Shown: positions 59,260-64,000 of the stretch, one piece after another
How positions within the stretch are numbered: position 1 is the stretch's first letter
How the letters are laid out: the number at the start of each line of letters is the position of its first letter
From: Hypanus sabinus
Lineage: Eukaryota
Length of the DNA stretch: 64,000 nt
Reading direction: 5' to 3'
Assembly: GCF_030144855.1 (NCBI RefSeq)
Contig: NC_082710.1
Location: 180,606,001-180,670,000, forward strand
Position numbers and translations under genes: made by a program
The notes under the pieces: model-generated
What the model was told of the DNA's origin: nothing
The model's database searches: none
The model's input: only the letters and a program-made list of their open reading frames with translations

Positions 59260-59630
59260 CAGCTAGTTTGGAACGTCGGGCCGAATGGCGGAGATGGCAG
59301 ACCTAAGGCCGCGATTGGACTGCCATGGAGGTTATACCTGGTTGAATAACGGGCAGTATCAAAAGCCACCACATCTTCTGAGCACCGCCACTGGCTGGAG
59401 TGGCTGAGGGCTTCTGGGGTTCCGGGGTGAGCAGGGACAGTATACTCAACTGGATCCGCTTCAATTCCCACAGCCAAGGCAGGTGATTGTATCCAGACCT
59501 CCTCAGAATGGAGCTGTGGCCCCTGGCTAGGGTCCAATGTACGAATTAATGGCTCACTTATAAAGAATGACAGAAACACTAAAGTTGCATTGCTGCCTAT
59601 CTCTCGTAGCCGACCCATTTATTAACTCAC

Positions 59631-59652
59631 CGAAGGCATTGGCCAGGTGCAT
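59631..59652 (-). CDS. Candidate leader exon (MHLANAF-G)
   Basis: Perfect donor TTCG|GTGAGT (G at 59630) in phase 1 with an ATG at 59652. The resulting signal peptide (MHLANAFGPVLA) is short and weakly hydrophobic. Confidence 0.25.
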
Positions 59653-60114
59653 ATGTTAAAGTGGTAAAAGAAAAATACCACAACAATTGTCAAAATGATA
59701 CACTACACCATACGCACAGCTTGTGGTTTGAGAGTAGGGGTGAGAGGAGGTGCTATCCCTGAGCCAAAAACTCCTTGGGTCAAGCGCTAACATAGAGCAC
59801 GGGCGTGAAAGGGTTGCATTGTGGAGCAGCAGCTGCTGCCTCCGAGTTTCAGATACTCAGGATCGATCCTGACCTTGGGCTCTGAGGTTTGTGGGGGTTT
59901 ATGCATACCCTCTCCCCCCTCCCACTGAATGTGTGGAGCGGCTCCCCCTGGGTCCTTCGGTTTCCTATCACGTTCTAATAACGAGCGATTGATTGTTTGG
60001 CAATTGTTTGATTGTAAGTAAGTTCAAAATAATGGATGGATGTTGATCAGTGCGCGAAAACAGGTGTGCGTGCAAAACAGAGAGACGGTTTGGTAAAGAG
60101 GGATCGTCAGAAAG

Positions 60115-60305
60115 TGCGTGTGTGTGTGAGTGTGTGAGTGAGAGAGGGAGGGAAAGAGAGAAATAGAAAGCGGGTGGGGTGTCGGTGGAGAAAGACTGTT
60201 CGTGTCTGTGCGTTTGTGTGTGAGAGAAAGAGAGAAACGGAGAGAGAGAAATAGAGAGAAAGATAGAGAAATAGAGGGAGAGAGAAACAGAGAGAAAGAG
60301 AGAGA

Positions 60306-60365
<60 letters not shown>

Positions 60366-60420
60366 AGAGGGAGAGAGAGAAATAAAGACAGACCCAGACA
60401 GAAAAAGAGAGAGAGGGAGG
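60115..60420. repeat. (GT)n / (GA)n microsatellite block
   Basis: Seen directly. It generates the spurious SL/RE-repeat ORFs in the track. Confidence 0.95.
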
Positions 60421-60899
60421 CATAATTTGCGGGCACAGAGGATTGGGATTGCGTTTTGGGAGCTAACATGGGCCTAAAGCAAAATTCCAGGCAAATAATC
60501 CAACAATCTTCTGCTGTGATCTAATTTATCTGCCCACAAAATCTGGGGCATTATTGGAAGTGCCAGCATTTACCTCATCTATAATGCCTTCCAGAATCTC
60601 AATGCCTGAACAAGCTTTTTCAACGGTGGTTATCACACAGGTGGGAGCGGCCCGCAGGGAAGGCCTGACCGGGAGAAGATGGCGGACCTCATTCCCTGGA
60701 GGGCGCCAACGAACCAGATGGCTGTTGCGTCAACCTCAATCAAAATCGCTGCTTTCAAACACAGATCTCCACTTTCTTAGAAGTTTGTGTATGCCATCTA
60801 AAACGTTGGCTTATAACTGCAGATGCACAATTGAGTGTACCCTGCAGGTTGCATCAATGCCTGAAAGCAGCATCTATTATCAATGACTCCTATCATCCG

Positions 60900-62330
60900 G
60901 GCAAGGATCTTTTCATGCTGTTGCCAACTAGAGTGAGGCGACCAGAACTGAGTACAGTACTCCAAGTGGGGTCTGACCAGGGTCCTATATAGCTGCAACA
61001 TTACCTCTCAGCTCCTAAATTCAATTCCACGATTCGTGAAGGCCAATGCACAGAAATGCCTTCTTAACCACGGCGTCAACCTGCGTAGCAGATTTGATTG
61101 TCCTATGGACTCGGATCCCAAGATCCCTCAGATCCTCCGCACTGCCAAGAGTCTTACCATTAATACTATATCCTGTCATCATATTTGACCTACCGAAATG
61201 AACCACCTCACACTTATCTGGATTGAACTCTATCTGCCACTTCTCGGCCCAGTTTTGCTTCCTATCTGCCAGCCCTCCACACCATCCACAACACCTCCTT
61301 TGTATCATCAGCAAATTTACTAATCAATCCCTCCACTTGCTCATCCAGGTCATTTATAAAAATCACGAAGATTAGGGGTCCCAGAACAGATCCCTGAGGC
61401 ACACCACTGGTCACCGACTTCAATGCAGAATATGACCCATCTGCAACCACTCTTTGCCTTCCGTGGGCAAGCCATTTCTAGATCCACAAAGCAAATTTCC
61501 CTTGGATCCCATGCATCCTTATTTTCTCAATAAGTCTTGTATGGGGTACCTTATCAAATGCCTTGCTGAAATCCATATACACTACATCTACTGCTCTACT
61601 TTCATCAATGTGTTTAGTCACATCCGCAAAAAATTCAATCAGGCTCGTAAGGCGTGACCTGCCTTTCACAAAGCCATGCTGACTATTCCTAATCATATTA
61701 TGCCTTTCCAAATGTTCATAATTCCTGCCTCTCAGGAATACTGAAGTAAGACTCACTGGTCTATAGTTTCCTGGGCTATTTCTACTCCCTTTCTTGAATA
61801 AGGGAACAACATCCACAACCCTCCGATCCTCCGGAACCTCTCCCGTCCCCATTGATGATGCAAAGATCATCATCAGAGGCTCAGCAATCTCCTCCCACAC
61901 CTCCCACAGTAGCCAAGGGTACATCTGGTCTGGTCTCGGTGACTTATCCAACTTGATGCTTTCCGTAAGCTCCAGCGCATCCTCTTTCTTAATATCTACA
62001 TGCTCAAGCTTTTCAGTCCACGGTAAGTCATCCCTACAATCACCTAGATCCTTTTCCGTAGTGAATACTGATGCAAAGTAACTCATTAAGTACCTCTGGT
62101 ATCTCCTCAGATTCCATACACACGTTTCTGCTGTCAGACTTGATTGGTCCTATTTTCGCATGTCTTATCCTCTTGCTCTTCACATACTTGTAGAATGCCT
62201 TGGGGTTTTCCTTAATCTTGCTCGCCAAGGCCTTCTCATGGCCGTTTCTGGCTTTCCTAATTTCATTTTAAACTCCTTCCTGCTAGCTTTATAATCTTCT
62301 AGATCTCTATCATTACCTAGTTTTTTTTTC
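60900..62330 (-). mobile_element. CR1 LINE fragment (RT)
   Basis: ORFs 61478-62086, 61262-61450 and 61021-61314 contain CR1 RT motifs. Confidence 0.88.
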
Positions 62331-62392
62331 AAGATTTACATGGATACTACTGCGTTGCATTATGATGATGATGATGATGATGATGATTATTA

Positions 62393-63550
62393 ACCATATA
62401 ACAATCACAGCATGGAAACAGGCCATCTTGGCCCTCCTAGTCCGTGCCGAACCCTTAATCTCACCTAGTCCCACCTACCCGCACTCAGCACATAACCCTC
62501 CACTCCTTTCCTGTCCATATACCTATCCAATTTTACCTTAAATGACACAACTGAACTGGCCTCTACTACTTCTACAGGAAGCTCATTCCACACAGCTATC
62601 ACTCTTTGAGTAAAGAAATACCCCCTCGTGTTTCCCTTAAACTTCTGCCCCCTAACTCTCAAATCATGTCCTCTAGTTTGAATCTCCCCTACTCTCAATG
62701 GAAACAGCCTATTCACGTAAACTCTATCTATCCCTCTCAAAATTTTAAATACCTCGATCAAATCCCCCCTCAACCTTCTACGCTCCAATGAATAGAGACC
62801 TAACTTGTTCCACCTTTCTCTGTAACTTAATTGCTGAAACCCAGGTAACATCCTAGTAAATCGTCTCTGCACTCTCTCTAATTTATTGATATCTTTCCTA
62901 TAATTCGGTGACCAGAACTGCACACAATATTCCAAATTTGGCCTTACCAGTGCCTTGTACAACTTTAGCATTACATCCCAACTTCTGTACTCAATGCTTT
63001 GATTTATAAAGGCCAGCGTTCCAAAAGCCCTCTTCACCACCCTATCTACATGAGACTCCACTTTCAGGGAACTATGCACAGTTATTCCTAGATCTCTCTG
63101 TTCCTCTGCATTCCTCAATGCCCTACCATTTACTCTGTATGTTCTATTTGGATTATTCCTGCCAAAATGTAGAACCTCACACTTCTCAGCATTAAACTCC
63201 ATCTGCCAACGTTCAGCCCATTCTTCTAACCGGCATAAATCTCCCTGCAAGCTTTGAAAATCCACCTCATTATCCACAACACCTCCTACCTTAGTATCAT
63301 CGGCATACTTACTAATCCAATTTACCACCCCATCATCCAGATCATTTATGTATATTACAAACAACATTGGGCCCAAAACAGATCCCTGAGGCACCCCGCT
63401 AGTCACCGGCCTCCATCCCGATAAACAATTATCCACCACTACTCTCTGGCATCTCCCATCTAGCCACTGTTGAATCCATTTTATTACTCCAGCATTAATA
63501 CCTAACGACTGAACCTTCTTAACTAACCTTCCATGTGGAACTTTGTCAAA
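62393..63550 (-). mobile_element. Young CR1 LINE, 5'-truncated, uninterrupted 324-aa RT C-terminus
   Basis: ORF 62465-63439 has [13 protein letters not shown] and YADD with no stops. TSD GATTATTA at 62385-62392 and 63551-63558. Confidence 0.92.
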
Positions 63551-64000
63551 GATTATTATTTTATTATTATTATTATTATATTTTTTTTACTTGCACAGGT
63601 TGTCGTCTTTTGCACATTTGATGTTTGTCAGTCTGTGTTTTTGTGTAGTCAGTATGCTGATGGTGGAACATTTCTTTTCTGTTGATGGGGATCAAGGGCA
63701 GGTGGCTCTGAGGCGCAAAACTGCCATGAGCTGGTGTAGAGGAGGAATGGACATGAAGGGATGAATTCACTCTATAGTGAGATGAACTGTAGCTGTATAA
63801 ACATTTAAATTTAACCTTTGGCTGAAGAGCTACCCTGTGTTGCAAATTACATTTCAGTACTCGATGTGATCCTCCAGATAACGTGGTGAAAGTGAGGATT
63901 GCATGACTCAATGGCTCGAATTTAATATTCTGAATCCATGGACTCAGGGCAAAGTATGCTGTAATTCAGTAGTATTTCACTGCAGTTTTCGCAAGTGGTG

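Noticed and set aside
59968-60477. SL/RE-repeat ORFs
   Set aside because: (GA)n microsatellite translations.

Overview
Vertebrate genomic DNA, very probably from a cartilaginous fish (inferred from the CR1, Rex/Babar, Penelope and tRNA-SINE repeat landscape). Most of the window is nested retroelements. Two host genes lie on the minus strand. (1) Coding exon 1 of PTGES (microsomal prostaglandin E synthase) is at 821-937, with a TATA box just upstream. (2) An antigen-receptor-like gene spans about 38.9-58.4 kb. It has one germline-joined V+J exon with no RSS (58428-58051) and three C1-set exons (54982-54665, 53153-52827, 47753-47450) that splice in frame. A candidate terminal exon (39133 to about 38860) supplies the stop codon and three AATAAA signals, which predicts a secreted, non-rearranging V-C1-C1-C1 protein of about 443 aa plus leader. 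Its J-like strand carries an unpaired Cys, and the gene sits next to a marker of the human 9q34 MHC paralogon. The leader exon and any membrane exon are not securely identified. A Penelope-like element at 43.06-43.69 kb carries an intact minimal hammerhead-ribozyme core, and at least eight decayed copies occur elsewhere. Two N-gaps (45739-45885, 46135-46334) fall inside the candidate last intron. All alignments and counts were done by eye, and repeat boundaries are approximate unless a TSD is quoted.
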